A DNA stretch of 64,000 nt from Candidatus Sericytochromatia bacterium (GTDB lineage Bacteria > Cyanobacteriota > Sericytochromatia > S15B-MN24 > UBA4093), in contig JAKFCT010000069.1 of NCBI GenBank assembly GCA_036676495.1, positions 13,486 through 77,485 of the forward strand. Reading direction: 5' to 3'. Within the stretch, counting starts at the first letter, position 1. Each line of letters begins with the position of its first letter. A program made the position numbers and the translations under genes. This document shows, piece after piece, positions 19,073 through 29,568 of this stretch. A model generated the notes under the pieces. The model was not told the DNA's origin, made no database searches, and saw nothing but the letters and a program-made list of their open reading frames with translations.

Positions 19073-21868
19073 CTACCCGGTGGTGCGTAGCCCCGAGGCG
19101 ATCGCGTTGACCGTCATGAGCACCCGCAAGAGGGCGGCCTCGGAGGCCTCCCCCTCGGCCCGGAGCCGGCGCCAGCGGCCAAGCTCGGCGATTTGCTGGC
19201 GGTGCAGGGCCCGCAAGGGCTCCTCGCGCAGGCGCAGCGTCTTGTGCAGCCGGGGCCGGCGCTCGGCAAAGGGCGCCGGGAAGACGGCGTGCAGCATGCG
19301 CCGGGTCAGCTCGTACTCGCCCATGATCTGGGTCATGGCCTGCTCGCGCAGCTCCGTGTCCTCCACCAGGCCGGCGTAGTCGCGCATGACGCGGGCGTCG
19401 GCGGTCATGAGGCTGGACTCGACGTTGCTGAGCACGTAGGTGAGGAACGGCCACCGGCTGGCTTCCTCGAGCACCTGCGCGAAGCCCTCGGCATCGCTTT
19501 CCTGCAAGCGGGCGAGGGCCGAGCCCACGCCAAACCAGCCCGGCAGGTAGAAGCGCGACTGGTTCCAGCTGAAGACCCAGGGAATGGCCCGCAGGTCGGC
19601 GAGCGTTCGCTTCCCGGTTCGGCGCGCGGGCCTGGAGCCGATGCGCCCCAGCTCCAGGGCATCGATCGGGGTCGCCTGGCCGTAGAAGGTCATGAAGCCC
19701 TCGGACTGGACCAGGGCCTCGTAGGCTTCCCGGCTCCAATCGGCGAGCTGGCGCATGCGCGGCGACAGCCCGCGCGGCACCGCCGCCCGGCGCCCGCGCA
19801 GGAGCGTGACCTCGGTGGTGGCCGCTGCGAGCAATTCGAGGTTGTAGGCGGCTTGATCCACGTGGGAGTACTTCTGGGCGATGGTCTCGCCTTGCTCGGT
19901 CATGCGGAGCTTGCCGGAAACCGTTCCCGGAGGCAGGGCCTCGAGGAAGCGGTAGGTGGGCCCCGCGCCGCGCCCGATGGTGCCGCCGCGCCCGTGGAAG
20001 TACTGGAGCGCGACGCCCAGTTCGCGCCCCACTTGCAGCATGGCGATCTGGGCCTCGTAGAGCCCCCACTGGCTCGCCAGGATGCCGCCGTCCTTGCTGG
20101 AGTCCGAGTACCCGATCATCACCTGCTGCAAGGGTCGATCGCCATGCAGGCGCGCGAGGCTGCGCCGCGTCATGGGATGCGCCAGGAAGGTGCTCAGGAT
20201 GCCCGGGCTGCGCTGAAGATCCTCGATGGTCTCGAACAAGGGCACGATCGGCAGGAGCGCGACGGGGCCGTCGGGACTCGCCACGACCAGGTCGGTTTCG
20301 CGGGCCAAGAGGTAAACCACCAGCAGATCCGAGAGCGAGCGGGTCATGCTCACGATCAGCGAGCCGATCCCGGGGCCATGGTGCGCCAGGTGCTCGGCCA
20401 GCACCCGGTACGTATCGAGGACCGCGTCGGCCTCCGGCCCGATGCCCCGGGTCGGGCGCGAAAACGGCCGCATGCGCTGAAGCTCGGCGTTGAGGAAGTC
20501 GAGCCGCTTACTTTCGGGCCAATCGGCAAAGTCCTCGCCGTCCAGGCCCCCGGCCTTCAGGAGCTGCGAGACGGCCTTGTCGTGGAAGACCGAGTTCTGG
20601 CGGATGTCCAGCTTGGCCAGGTGAAACCCGAAGGTCCTGAGACTGTCGAGGGCTTCCTGGACCTCGGTCTGCGCGAGCCGCCGGGCGCCCACCGCCTGAA
20701 GGGCGTCGCGCAGCACGATCAGGTCCGCTTCGAGCTCGGAGGCGAAGCGGTAGGCCCCCGGATGATCGAGAAGCTTCACCGCGTGGCTGCGCATCACGTC
20801 CACCGGCAGCCTCAGGATCATGAGGTTGAGGAGTTGCCGCCAGGGCTCCTCGGGGTTGCGGTCCAGGGCTTCCTGGCCCCGCGCTCCCAGCTGGCCCGCC
20901 ACCGTCCAGATCCGCTCCAAGAGCTCGGGAGGCGGGGCCTGGTAGCGATCTGACAAGCTGAGCTGCGCGGCCAGCTCCAGCAGCTGCCGCCGCAGCACCC
21001 GCATGGCCTGGAGCCTGAGGTCCGCGAGCGTCTCGCGGGTGACCTCGGCCGTCACCAGGGGGTGTCCGTCCCGGTCGCCGCCGACCCAGGTGCCGAAGCT
21101 CAGCAAGGGGCCCGTCGTCAGCTCGTCGGCCGCAAAGCCCGCTTCCTCCCAGGCCAGCCGCAGCCGCCGCTTCATCCCCGGCAGCGCCCGCGGGAAGATC
21201 TCGCGCAGGTAATGCTCGACGTTTCGCAGCTCGGAGGCCACGTCCGGCTTCTCGAGGAAGATCTCGCCCGTCCGCCAAAGCCTCTCCAGGACGCGCTTGA
21301 CCGCGTCGCGGTTCTCGCGCTCCTCGATCGGCGTCAGGACGTGCTGGCGCTCCTGGAGGTAGCGAAACAATTCCCGGTGATGCTCCAGCACCGTCGCGCG
21401 CTTGGCCTCGGTGGGATGCGCCGTCAGGACCGGCTCGATCGCGATCTCGGGAAGCGCCCGGGCGATCTCGTCGGACGCCAATCCCGCCTCCTTCAGCCGC
21501 GCGAGCGCATGCCCCCAAAGCCCCGGCTCCATGCCCAGGCCCGCCTCGGCCTCGTGACGCCGCCGGTGGTGCGCGAGCGTATTCTCCTCGGCCAGGTTCA
21601 AGAGCAGGAAGGCCATCGAGTAGCCCTGGTAAAGCCGCTCGGAGTCGCCCTCCGCGACGACGGGCGCCTCGTCGCTCAGCCACGGCACCGCCCGCGCGCC
21701 CTCCGGACCGAGGTCTTCGAGCACCTCGCGAAAGCACTCCAGCAGGAAGCGGAAATCCCGCTCGAACGGATCCGCGCCCGCGCTCGGGGCCCATACCGTC
21801 GTCAAGATCGGCGACCCTGCGGCGCGGGGCCGGCGGCTCTCGGGATTTGCTCGCTCGCTCATCGTCAC
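19073..21868 (-). CDS. ppc: Phosphoenolpyruvate carboxylase
   Basis: VLTAHPTE, WVGGDRDGHP, VMIGYSDSSKDGG, FHGRGGTIGRG, LRAIPWVFSW, GLRTTG. Confidence 0.97.
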   Translation of the reverse strand: MTMSERANPESRRPRAAGSPILTTVWAPSAGADPFERDFRFLLECFREVLEDLGPEGARAVPWLSDEAPVVAEGDSERLYQGYSMAFLLLNLAEENTLAHHRRRHEAEAGLGMEPGLWGHALARLKEAGLASDEIARALPEIAIEPVLTAHPTEAKRATVLEHHRELFRYLQERQHVLTPIEERENRDAVKRVLERLWRTGEIFLEKPDVASELRNVEHYLREIFPRALPGMKRRLRLAWEEAGFAADELTTGPLLSFGTWVGGDRDGHPLVTAEVTRETLADLRLQAMRVLRRQLLELAAQLSLSDRYQAPPPELLERIWTVAGQLGARGQEALDRNPEEPWRQLLNLMILRLPVDVMRSHAVKLLDHPGAYRFASELEADLIVLRDALQAVGARRLAQTEVQEALDSLRTFGFHLAKLDIRQNSVFHDKAVSQLLKAGGLDGEDFADWPESKRLDFLNAELQRMRPFSRPTRGIGPEADAVLDTYRVLAEHLAHHGPGIGSLIVSMTRSLSDLLVVYLLARETDLVVASPDGPVALLPIVPLFETIEDLQRSPGILSTFLAHPMTRRSLARLHGDRPLQQVMIGYSDSSKDGGILASQWGLYEAQIAMLQVGRELGVALQYFHGRGGTIGRGAGPTYRFLEALPPGTVSGKLRMTEQGETIAQKYSHVDQAAYNLELLAAATTEVTLLRGRRAAVPRGLSPRMRQLADWSREAYEALVQSEGFMTFYGQATPIDALELGRIGSRPARRTGKRTLADLRAIPWVFSWNQSRFYLPGWFGVGSALARLQESDAEGFAQVLEEASRWPFLTYVLSNVESSLMTADARVMRDYAGLVEDTELREQAMTQIMGEYELTRRMLHAVFPAPFAERRPRLHKTLRLREEPLRALHRQQIAELGRWRRLRAEGEASEAALLRVLMTVNAIASGLRTTG

Positions 21869-21964
21869 CCCCTGGCAAGGCCGTCCCCCCCACCTTAGGG
21901 GAGGACGCCCGGGTTGACGATGGTGCCTGTGTCGGATCTGGGGGGGAGTTTGGGGTGATTGCGC

Positions 21965-22135
21965 CTAAACGGGTGCCGCGACCCGCGCGTCGTCCGGCCG
22001 AGGCAGCGTGAACCAGAAGCGCGAGCCCTGGCCGAGCGCACTTTCTACTCCGATCGCCCCGCCATGCGCCTCCACCAGCGCCTTGGCAATCGACAGCCCC
22101 AGCCCGGTCCCCCCGTACGAGCGCGTCGTCGACGG
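21965..22135 (-). pseudogene. Orphan C-terminal fragment of a histidine kinase HATPase domain
   Basis: [40 protein letters not shown] with no upstream HisKA domain. Confidence 0.8.
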
Positions 22136-22140
22136 ACGCG

Positions 22141-22888
22141 GGGAACGGCTTGTGATTCCCCGCTGCTCAACGCCAGGGTGGTAGAGAAGCTGGTCTTCGA
22201 CCTGCTTCTGCGTGGCCTCAAGGTCCGTCTCAACGAGCTTCGAGGTGCTACGACGCTGGTCACCGAATCTCCCAATGTCGGCGAGGTGGAGCGTGAACTG
22301 GCCGACTTGCAGACCAAGCGGGAGCTGATCCTCGACAACTACACGGATGGTTGTTATGGCCACGGACCCGAGGCTAAGGCCAAACGGGATGCCAAGCTTG
22401 CTCCGGTTCTTAAGCGGATCGAGGAGATCGAGAAGGAGCTAACGCCCGCGGAGCATTCCAAGCCAAACGAGCTGGAGGAAGCCCTGACCAACATCCGGGA
22501 TCTCTGGGAGGCTTGGCCTACTTCGGTTCGGCGCGACATCCTGCGGACCTATGTCCCTGAGAGGTTCCAACTGCGGAAGGATCGTACCCTGCGAGCCGAG
22601 GTCTGCGGCGTTCTCCTTGAGGTAGACATTCCCGTCAAGCCTCAGCCGACCAAGGGGATGCGGTACGCCGGGCGCCAGAAGGCGGAGAAAAACCAAGACG
22701 GCCTGCAGTTAGAAGCCCTGCAGACCGTCTTAGATTCTACCCCCCTGTTAGGGGGGGTAAAGGTCGGAGCGGCGGGATTCGAACCCACGACCCCCACTAC
22801 CCCAAAGTGGTGCGCTACCAAGCTGCGCTACGCCCCGACTGTTTTTTACGTTTTTCCTTTTGGGGAAGGAAACGTTAACTTGGGGTGA
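22141..22888 (+). pseudogene. C-terminal remnant of a large serine recombinase, reading through the tRNA-Pro att site
   Basis: End of zinc ribbon (C.SP..NA..VE..V), coiled coil with L.D.Y.DG, ..LW......RR.IL; catalytic domain absent. Confidence 0.7.
22764..22837 (-). tRNA. tRNA-Pro(GGG)
   Basis: CGGGGCGTAGCGCAGCTTGGTAGCGCACCACTTTGGGGTAGTGG...GTTCGAATCCCGCCGCTCCGA cloverleaf. Confidence 0.95.
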
Positions 22889-22964
22889 ACCCAAGCCAGA
22901 ATTGAAGTATATCAAAGGCCTATTTCAAATGCAAGGGGTTCAAGCGAGACTTCCGGCAATCTCT

Positions 22965-24530
22965 TTAGGCCTCGGCGGCGCCAGAAGGCAGGGGCAGCGT
23001 GAACCAGAAGGTACTCCCCTCGCCAAGCTCGCTCTCGACGCCGATCTTGCCACCATGGGCCTCGACCAGCGCCTTGGAAATGCTGAGGCCCAGCCCGGTC
23101 CCCCCGGCCGCGCGCGTGGAGCTCATGTCGAGTTGCGTGAACGGCCGAAACAGCCGAGGAAGGTCCTGGGCGGAAATGCCGATGCCCGTATCGACGACCT
23201 CCACGCGGATCGAGTTGCCGGTGACGCTGGCGCGCACCCGGATCGTGCCGCCCGGGGGAGTGAACTTGATGGCGTTGTTGATGAGATTGAGCAAGACCTG
23301 ACCGATTCGCTGCGCGTCCGCCACGACTTCCGGAAGGTCGCCCGGAACCTCGCTGCGAAGCTCGAGGTTCTTTTGGTCGGCCAGCGGCGACAATCGCTCG
23401 CAGACTTCGGAGGTCAGCGTCGCCAACTGCATGGGATAGCGCTCGAGTGAGAACTTGCCTGCCTGGATGCGGCTCATGTCCAGCAGATCGTTGACCAGGT
23501 AGAGCAAGGACTCGGCCCCAAGGAGAATCTTGCGAAGGTACTGGTGCTGCTGCTCGGTCAATGCCCCGGCGACTTCGTCGTCGAGGATGCTTCCAAAGCC
23601 CATGATGGCGTTGATGGGAGTGCGCAGCTCGTGCGAGAGGATGCTGATGAATTGATCCTTCAGGACCTCGGCTTGCCGCAGGGCCTCGAGCTCCAGGCGC
23701 TGATCTTCGGCCTTCTTGCGGGCGCCCACGTCCTGAATCGCGATCTGGACCGCGCCCTGCCCTTGGTACGTCAGCGGGATCGCCGTGACCTCCACGTCGA
23801 TGACGCTGCCGTCCAGGCGAATGAACTTCTCGGCGATCGCCTGGCTCGGTTTGCCCGTCTCCAGGACCCGGCGCATGTTCGCCATGGCCACGGGCAAGGA
23901 GTCCGGATGAACGAACTCGAGCACCTGCCGCCCGATGAGCTGCTCGGGACTCTCGGCGGCCATCAGCCGCGCCCCCTCGCGGTTGACGTAGACGAGCTTG
24001 CCGGCCACATGCACCGCCATGGCGCTCGGAGCCAGGTCCATGAGCGTCCGGAAGCGATCCTCGCTCTCGCGCAGGGCCGCCTCGGACTCGACCTGGGCCG
24101 TCACGTCCGTGTGAATCGACACTCCCGCCACGATCCGCCCCTGGGCATCGCGGATGGGGGCGGCGTTGATGCTCAGGATGGCGACGCGGCCATCCGGCCG
24201 CACGTACTCGATGTGCTCGCGGGTGGTCACAGTGCCGTCCCGGACGGCGCGAACGAGCGGCCAATCCTCGGGGCACAAGGGCCGCCCGTCCCGATGCCGG
24301 CCTCGCTCGCGATAAGCCTCTGCTGGTGCGGCATTGTCGAGGGCATAGCCCAGGATCTCTTCCATGCGCTTGTTTCCCATCAGGATGCGCGCGGACGGAG
24401 CCGCCGCGATGAGCACGCCTGCGGGCATCTGCTCGAGAATGGCCACCGTCCAGGGGGAAAGGCCCTCCAACGCATCCGATGCGGGAAGGCTCCCGGGATC
24501 ATGCTTGGACCACCCATCCGAATCGGCCAT
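22965..24530 (-). CDS. PAS-PAS sensor histidine kinase
   Basis: Two PAS domains, [24 protein letters not shown]. Confidence 0.93.
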   Translation of the reverse strand: MADSDGWSKHDPGSLPASDALEGLSPWTVAILEQMPAGVLIAAAPSARILMGNKRMEEILGYALDNAAPAEAYRERGRHRDGRPLCPEDWPLVRAVRDGTVTTREHIEYVRPDGRVAILSINAAPIRDAQGRIVAGVSIHTDVTAQVESEAALRESEDRFRTLMDLAPSAMAVHVAGKLVYVNREGARLMAAESPEQLIGRQVLEFVHPDSLPVAMANMRRVLETGKPSQAIAEKFIRLDGSVIDVEVTAIPLTYQGQGAVQIAIQDVGARKKAEDQRLELEALRQAEVLKDQFISILSHELRTPINAIMGFGSILDDEVAGALTEQQHQYLRKILLGAESLLYLVNDLLDMSRIQAGKFSLERYPMQLATLTSEVCERLSPLADQKNLELRSEVPGDLPEVVADAQRIGQVLLNLINNAIKFTPPGGTIRVRASVTGNSIRVEVVDTGIGISAQDLPRLFRPFTQLDMSSTRAAGGTGLGLSISKALVEAHGGKIGVESELGEGSTFWFTLPLPSGAAEA

Positions 24531-24587
24531 GGCACCTCCCCGAGGGAAACTATCGCTATTCTCGCACCCCGGGAGACCATGTCAATC

Positions 24588-24621
24588 AAAAAATCCCCGC
24601 TCCATCATGGAGCGGGGATTT
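24588..24621 (-). terminator. Intrinsic terminator after tRNA-Phe
   Basis: aaatccccgctcca..tggagcggggattt hairpin with a U-tract on the minus strand. Confidence 0.75.
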
Positions 24622-24626
24622 CGGTG

Positions 24627-24699
24627 TGGCCAGGGGCAGAATCGAACTGCCGACACCGGCATTTTCAGTGCCGTGCTCTACCAACTGAGCTACCTGGCC
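24627..24699 (-). tRNA. tRNA-Phe(GAA)
   Basis: GGCCAGGTAGCTCAGTTGGTAGAGCACGGCACTGAAAATGCCG...CCTGGCCA. Confidence 0.95.
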
Positions 24700-24916
24700 G
24701 AACAAGAATCCAGTATATCAGCCCCTTAAGGCTTGTCAAGCGTTTGTTTAATCGGGTTTGGGCGTTTTTTTTCCGCCCGCGCCCCCAGGGACGCGAGAAA
24801 GCCCTTCCCGTCGCGGATTCCCCGGAGAGTTCGGTTGCCTTGGAGGCCCGGATTTGGTACCTTGGAACATCCCCCGGCGTAGTTTCTGCCAGCCCGAGAG
24901 GGCGCCCATGGAGACG

Positions 24917-26464
24917 ATGATGGCCAACCCGACCTACTACCTCACCACCGCGATCGACTACGTCAACGGACCTCCTCACATGGGCCATGCCTACGAGAAG
25001 ATTGCCGCTGACGCGATCGCCCGCTATCATCGCCTGCGCGGAGCGGACGTCTTCTTCCTGACCGGCTCCGACGAGCACGGTGTCAAGATCGAGCGCTCGG
25101 CCGAAGCCCAGGGGCTCGACCCTCAGACGTTCACCGACCAGATCGTCGACCAGTTCAAGGCCACCTGGGCCAAGCTCGGCATCTCCTACGACCGCTTCAT
25201 CCGCACCACGGATGCCGATCACCGCGGGGTCGTCCAGGGCATCTTCTCGAAGCTGCTGGAGAAGGGCGATATCTACAAGGCCAAGTACGAGGGCTTCTAC
25301 TGCAAGGGCTGCGAGGAGTTCAAGAACGAGCGCGACCTCGTGGAGAAGTGCTGCTCCGTTCACCAGACTCCCGCCGAGTGGATGAGCGAAGAGAACTACG
25401 TCTTCAAGCTCTCCGAGTACCGCGATCGCCTGCGCGCCCACATCGAGGCCCATCCCGGCTTCATCCAGCCCGAGTTCCGCGCCAAGGAAGTCCTCAACCT
25501 CCTCGAGACCTTCCCCGACGTCTCCGTCTCCCGGCAGTCGGTCAAATGGGGCATCCCGGTCCCCGGTGACGAATCGCAGGTCATCTACGTCTGGATCGAC
25601 GCCCTCTCCAACTACCTCACCGGCATCGGCTATCCGGACGCCGACACCTTCAAGAAGTACTGGCCCGCCAGCGTCCACCTGATCGGCAAGGACATCGTCA
25701 AGTTCCATGCCATCATCTGGCCGGCCATGCTCATGGCGCTCGACCTCCCGCTTCCTGCGCAGGTCTTCGGCCATGGCTGGGTGCTCATGGGCGGTCAGAA
25801 GATGGGCAAGTCCACCGGCAACGTCACCAGCCCCAACGCCCTCGCCGACGAGTACGGAGCGGACGCCATCCGCTACTACCTGCTGCGCGAGATCGCCTTC
25901 GGGCGCGACGGCGAAATGAACCAGGAAGCCTTCGAGAACCGCGTCAACGCCGACCTCGCCAACAACCTCGGCAACGCGCTCAACCGGACCCTGACGATCC
26001 TCGAAAAAAACTTCGAAGGCCGCGTCAGCCCCCGGCATGCCGCCATCGAAGGAGACCTGCCCCAGAAGGTCGCCGACGTCCTCGCTCGGGTCGAGGATCG
26101 TATGGCCGAGCTCGCCCTGGACGAGGCCCTCATGGCCATCTGGGAGCTGCTCGACGCCACCAACAAGTACATCGACTCGACGGCTCCGTGGGCACTCGCC
26201 AAGGCCGGCGACCGGGAGAACCTCGGGGGCGTCCTTTACGCCGTCCTCGAGGCCCTGCGGATCGCCAGCATCCTCGCCAGCCCCTTCATCCCCACGCTCG
26301 CCGGAAAGATCTGGGAGCAGCTGGGCATCCAGGCCCCTCTCTCCGAGCAGCGCTGGAGCGATCTGGTCTGGGGACGCCTCGAGGAAGGCACGCAGACCCA
26401 GAAGCTGGGTCCCATCTATCCCCGGATCGGCGCCGAGCTCGCCGGCGCCAAGAAGAAGGCATGA
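24917..26464 (+). CDS. metG: Methionine--tRNA ligase (short form)
   Basis: YVNGPPHMGH, TGSDEHG, YVWIDAL, GKDI, KMGKS. Confidence 0.97.
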   Translation: MMANPTYYLTTAIDYVNGPPHMGHAYEKIAADAIARYHRLRGADVFFLTGSDEHGVKIERSAEAQGLDPQTFTDQIVDQFKATWAKLGISYDRFIRTTDADHRGVVQGIFSKLLEKGDIYKAKYEGFYCKGCEEFKNERDLVEKCCSVHQTPAEWMSEENYVFKLSEYRDRLRAHIEAHPGFIQPEFRAKEVLNLLETFPDVSVSRQSVKWGIPVPGDESQVIYVWIDALSNYLTGIGYPDADTFKKYWPASVHLIGKDIVKFHAIIWPAMLMALDLPLPAQVFGHGWVLMGGQKMGKSTGNVTSPNALADEYGADAIRYYLLREIAFGRDGEMNQEAFENRVNADLANNLGNALNRTLTILEKNFEGRVSPRHAAIEGDLPQKVADVLARVEDRMAELALDEALMAIWELLDATNKYIDSTAPWALAKAGDRENLGGVLYAVLEALRIASILASPFIPTLAGKIWEQLGIQAPLSEQRWSDLVWGRLEEGTQTQKLGPIYPRIGAELAGAKKKA

Positions 26465-27267
26465 CGACCTTCATCGACTCGCATTGCCACCTGGACATGC
26501 TCCCCGGCTGGGTCGAAGGACTTCCGGCCGAGGAGCATGACCGCAACATCGACGAGGCGGTGGCGCGGGCGCGCGAGGCCGGAGTCCGCTGGATCCTCAA
26601 CCCCGGCGTGACCTGGGACGACTTTCCCCGCGTCCAGGCTCTGACCGAGCGCTACTCCAACGTCTTCGTTGCGGCCGGCATCCATCCGCACGATGCGGAG
26701 ACCTGGACCGAGGGCTCTTACGAGCGGCTCAAGGAGATGGCCCGCCACCCGCGGGTGGTCGCCATCGGGGAGTGCGGGCTCGATTACTACTACGACAACG
26801 CCCCGCGCGAAAAGCAGCAGGAAGCCTTCCGGGAGCAGATCCGGCTCGCCAAGGAGCTCGACCTCCCGCTCATCATCCACACCCGGGATGCCGAGGAGGA
26901 CACCATGCGCCTGCTCGAGGAAGAAGGAGCGACGCGCGGCGTCTTCCATTGCTTCACGGGCTCGAAGGAGCTGGCGCTGGCCGGCATCCGCCTGGGCTTC
27001 GCCATCTCCTTCAGCGGGGTGGTCACCTTCAAGAAGTCCGAGGCCCTGCGCGAGGTCGCCCGCGAGGTGCCGGAGGATCGCTTCCTCATCGAGACCGACG
27101 CTCCCTACCTCGCCCCTCCGCCCTACCGGGGGAAGCGCAACGAGCCGGCTTACGTGGTGAAGGTTGCCGAGACCCTCGCCGAGGTGAGGGGGCTGAGCGT
27201 CGAGGCCGTCGCGGAGCGCGCGACCCGGAACACGATTCAGTTGTTCAAGCTGCCGGTCGAGGTCTAG
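26461..27267 (+). CDS. tatD: TatD family DNase
   Basis: DSHCHLD, GIHPH, GECGLDY, IETDAPYL, RNEPA. Confidence 0.93.
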   Translation: MTTFIDSHCHLDMLPGWVEGLPAEEHDRNIDEAVARAREAGVRWILNPGVTWDDFPRVQALTERYSNVFVAAGIHPHDAETWTEGSYERLKEMARHPRVVAIGECGLDYYYDNAPREKQQEAFREQIRLAKELDLPLIIHTRDAEEDTMRLLEEEGATRGVFHCFTGSKELALAGIRLGFAISFSGVVTFKKSEALREVAREVPEDRFLIETDAPYLAPPPYRGKRNEPAYVVKVAETLAEVRGLSVEAVAERATRNTIQLFKLPVEV

Positions 27268-27620
27268 AGGGCCCCTCGGAGCCCTTCGAGCTGGCCGGCG
27301 TCGTGGAGCGCCTTGAGCTTGGACAGCTCGTGGGCGTCCAGCCAGAGGCCCTGGCAGGCGCTGCATCGGTTGATCTGAGCGGCCGGAGTGGCCACCAGCA
27401 CGGCGACGGCTCCGCAACGGGGACAGCGCATGGGGGCCTCGTCGTCGGCGCACGTCGGCGCGGTACGGTCGAGCGCGGGGGGCGGCGTCATCGCGTTCAA
27501 GAGGGGCTCGAGCTCGCCGGCGTCCAGCCAAATCCCGGTGCAACGCGGGCATTGGTCGACCTCGACTCCCAGGAGCATCTTGGGTTCGAGCCGGGCGGCA
27601 TAGTGTCTCGGGCACTTCAT
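27264..27620 (-). CDS. Double zf-TFIIB-like zinc-ribbon protein
   Basis: Two CP.. / C..C.G.WLD..EL repeats. Confidence 0.8.
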   Translation of the reverse strand: MKCPRHYAARLEPKMLLGVEVDQCPRCTGIWLDAGELEPLLNAMTPPPALDRTAPTCADDEAPMRCPRCGAVAVLVATPAAQINRCSACQGLWLDAHELSKLKALHDAGQLEGLRGAL

Positions 27621-27721
27621 GGCGATCGCTCTCCTTTGCCCATGTATACCCCGAATCGGAGGCTCCGCGCGGAGGAGGTAACGGGTAAGATGAGAGCATG
27701 ACCAATGGAAGGACGATCGCC

Positions 27722-28441
27722 ATGACCCGCACGACGCGCTTATCTTCTCAGGAAAAAGCCCGGATCCAGCGCTTGCTGGCCACGCTCGAGGCCCATCACC
27801 CCAACGCCACCACCGAGCTCAACTTCGACACGCCGTTTCAGCTGCTGATCGCCGTCATCCTCTCGGCCCAGTGCACCGACAAGCGCGTGAACATGGTCAC
27901 GGAAGGCCTGTTCGCCCGCTACCCGGACGCGGCGGCCATGGCCCGCCTCAGCGAGGCGGAGCTGCTCGAGGAGATCAAGTCGATCAACTTCGCTCCCACC
28001 AAGGCCAAGAACGTGGCGAAGACCTGCCGCATGCTGCTGGAGCTGCATGGCGGGGAAGTGCCGGGAAAGCGCGAGGAGCTCGAAGCCCTGGCGGGAGTGG
28101 GGCGTAAGACGGCGAACGTCGTGCTGGCAACGGCCTTCGACGTGCCGGCCCTCGCCGTCGACACCCATGTCTTCCGGGTATCGAAACGCCTGGGCCTTGC
28201 CAAGGCGGAGACTCCCGAGGAGACCGAGCGGCAACTGGAGCGCCTGATCCCCCGCGAGAAGTGGTCACTCGCCCATCACTGGCTGATCCTGCACGGCCGC
28301 TACACCTGCACGGCGCGCAAGCCGAACTGCGAGCGCTGTCCCTTGACCGCGGATTGTCCGGAGTATGCCAAGCTGATACGGCCTGCGGCGGGCACGACGG
28401 CCCGCGCCGGGAAAAAGGCGGGCAAGACGCGTCCCGTGTAG
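27722..28441 (+). CDS. nth: Endonuclease III
   Basis: LSAQCTD, GVGRKTANV, VDTHV, C..RKP.C..C.....C; alternative start at 27698. Confidence 0.95.
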   Translation: MTRTTRLSSQEKARIQRLLATLEAHHPNATTELNFDTPFQLLIAVILSAQCTDKRVNMVTEGLFARYPDAAAMARLSEAELLEEIKSINFAPTKAKNVAKTCRMLLELHGGEVPGKREELEALAGVGRKTANVVLATAFDVPALAVDTHVFRVSKRLGLAKAETPEETERQLERLIPREKWSLAHHWLILHGRYTCTARKPNCERCPLTADCPEYAKLIRPAAGTTARAGKKAGKTRPV

Positions 28442-28488
28442 CGCTGGCGCCGTCGCGTCGGCGCCTGCGAGAGTCAGGTGCCGCGCGT

Positions 28489-29376
28489 TCAGCGAAGCTT
28501 GAAGCCGACCTTGTCGAAGGCCTCGCGGACCGGGGCGTAGTCGGCGGGCTTGCCTTCCACGAAGCCGTCCACCTGGTAGATCTCGCGGATCTTCTTGCGC
28601 CCCTCCGGCGTGTCGGAGAGCTTCAGGAAGGTCTGCTTGATCTGCTTGACGATCGCGGGGTCGAGGTCCTTGCGGACCGCGATGTTGTCGCTGGGGATGG
28701 GCTTGGTGACGGCGAGCAGGGCGATCTTCGCGTGGTCCTTCGGATTCTTCAGGGAGTTGGTCCAGGCCGAGTCCTTGCCCTGGGGGTCGTTGGTGTAGGT
28801 GGCCGCGGCGTCCACCTTGCCATGAAGGACGGCGAGCACCGCCGCGTCATGCCCTCCCGCGTAGATGAGGCGCTTGAAGTCCTTTTCCGGCACGATGCCG
28901 GCGTTCATCAGCATCACCCGGGGGTAGATGGCTCCCGAGGTCGAGACGGGATCCACGAAGGCCACGGTCTTGTCCTTGAGGTCCTTGAGGGTCTTGATTT
29001 TGGAGCCCTTGCGGGTGATCAGGGCCCCGTGGTACTCCGCGTGGCCGTTGAAGAACGACTTGAGGATCACCTCGGCGTTCGCCTTGCGCTCGGCGAGCAC
29101 GTAGGCAGCAGGCGGGAAGAAGGCCACGTCGATCTTGCCGGCGCGCATCGCCTCGATCACGCCCGTGTAATCGGTGGCGACGAAGGGGTCGACCCGCATC
29201 GGGAGCTCCTGGCTCAAGAGCTCGACCACGTCGCGGGAGGTCTTGGTCAGATCCTGGAGGCTCTCCCAGGGAGCGAAGCCCACCCGCAGGGTCTTGGGCG
29301 TGTAGGCCTGCACGGGGGCCGCCAAGAGGCCGACTGCAAGTCCCAGGATGAGCCAGGTTCGTTTCTGCGTTGCCAA
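28489..29376 (-). CDS. phnD: Phosphate/phosphonate ABC substrate-binding protein (orphan)
   Basis: ATDYTGVIEAMR, FVDPVSTSG.IYP, GGHDA. Confidence 0.85.
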   Translation of the reverse strand: MATQKRTWLILGLAVGLLAAPVQAYTPKTLRVGFAPWESLQDLTKTSRDVVELLSQELPMRVDPFVATDYTGVIEAMRAGKIDVAFFPPAAYVLAERKANAEVILKSFFNGHAEYHGALITRKGSKIKTLKDLKDKTVAFVDPVSTSGAIYPRVMLMNAGIVPEKDFKRLIYAGGHDAAVLAVLHGKVDAAATYTNDPQGKDSAWTNSLKNPKDHAKIALLAVTKPIPSDNIAVRKDLDPAIVKQIKQTFLKLSDTPEGRKKIREIYQVDGFVEGKPADYAPVREAFDKVGFKLR

Positions 29377-29568
29377 CGTTTCCCCCTCGAAAAAAGCAAT
29401 CGGCTGTTTCCCGCATTAACTTACCCGGAATCCCACGCTTATACTCTAGAGCGATCTTCGTTGCTGCAGGACAGCGAGCTTTGACTTTCAGCCTCTATCC
29501 ATGCAGTTCTCGGTTAACGCTCGCTTTCCTGGTCTCCAGCCACGGGCGCCTCGCAACAGCCGCGGGCG

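Noticed and set aside
22686-22730. Programmed -1 frameshift (A-run plus hairpin) shifting the recombinase into the tail frame
   Set aside because: The A-run is explained as the minus-strand terminator U-tract. The heptamer is imperfect and not conserved across junctions.
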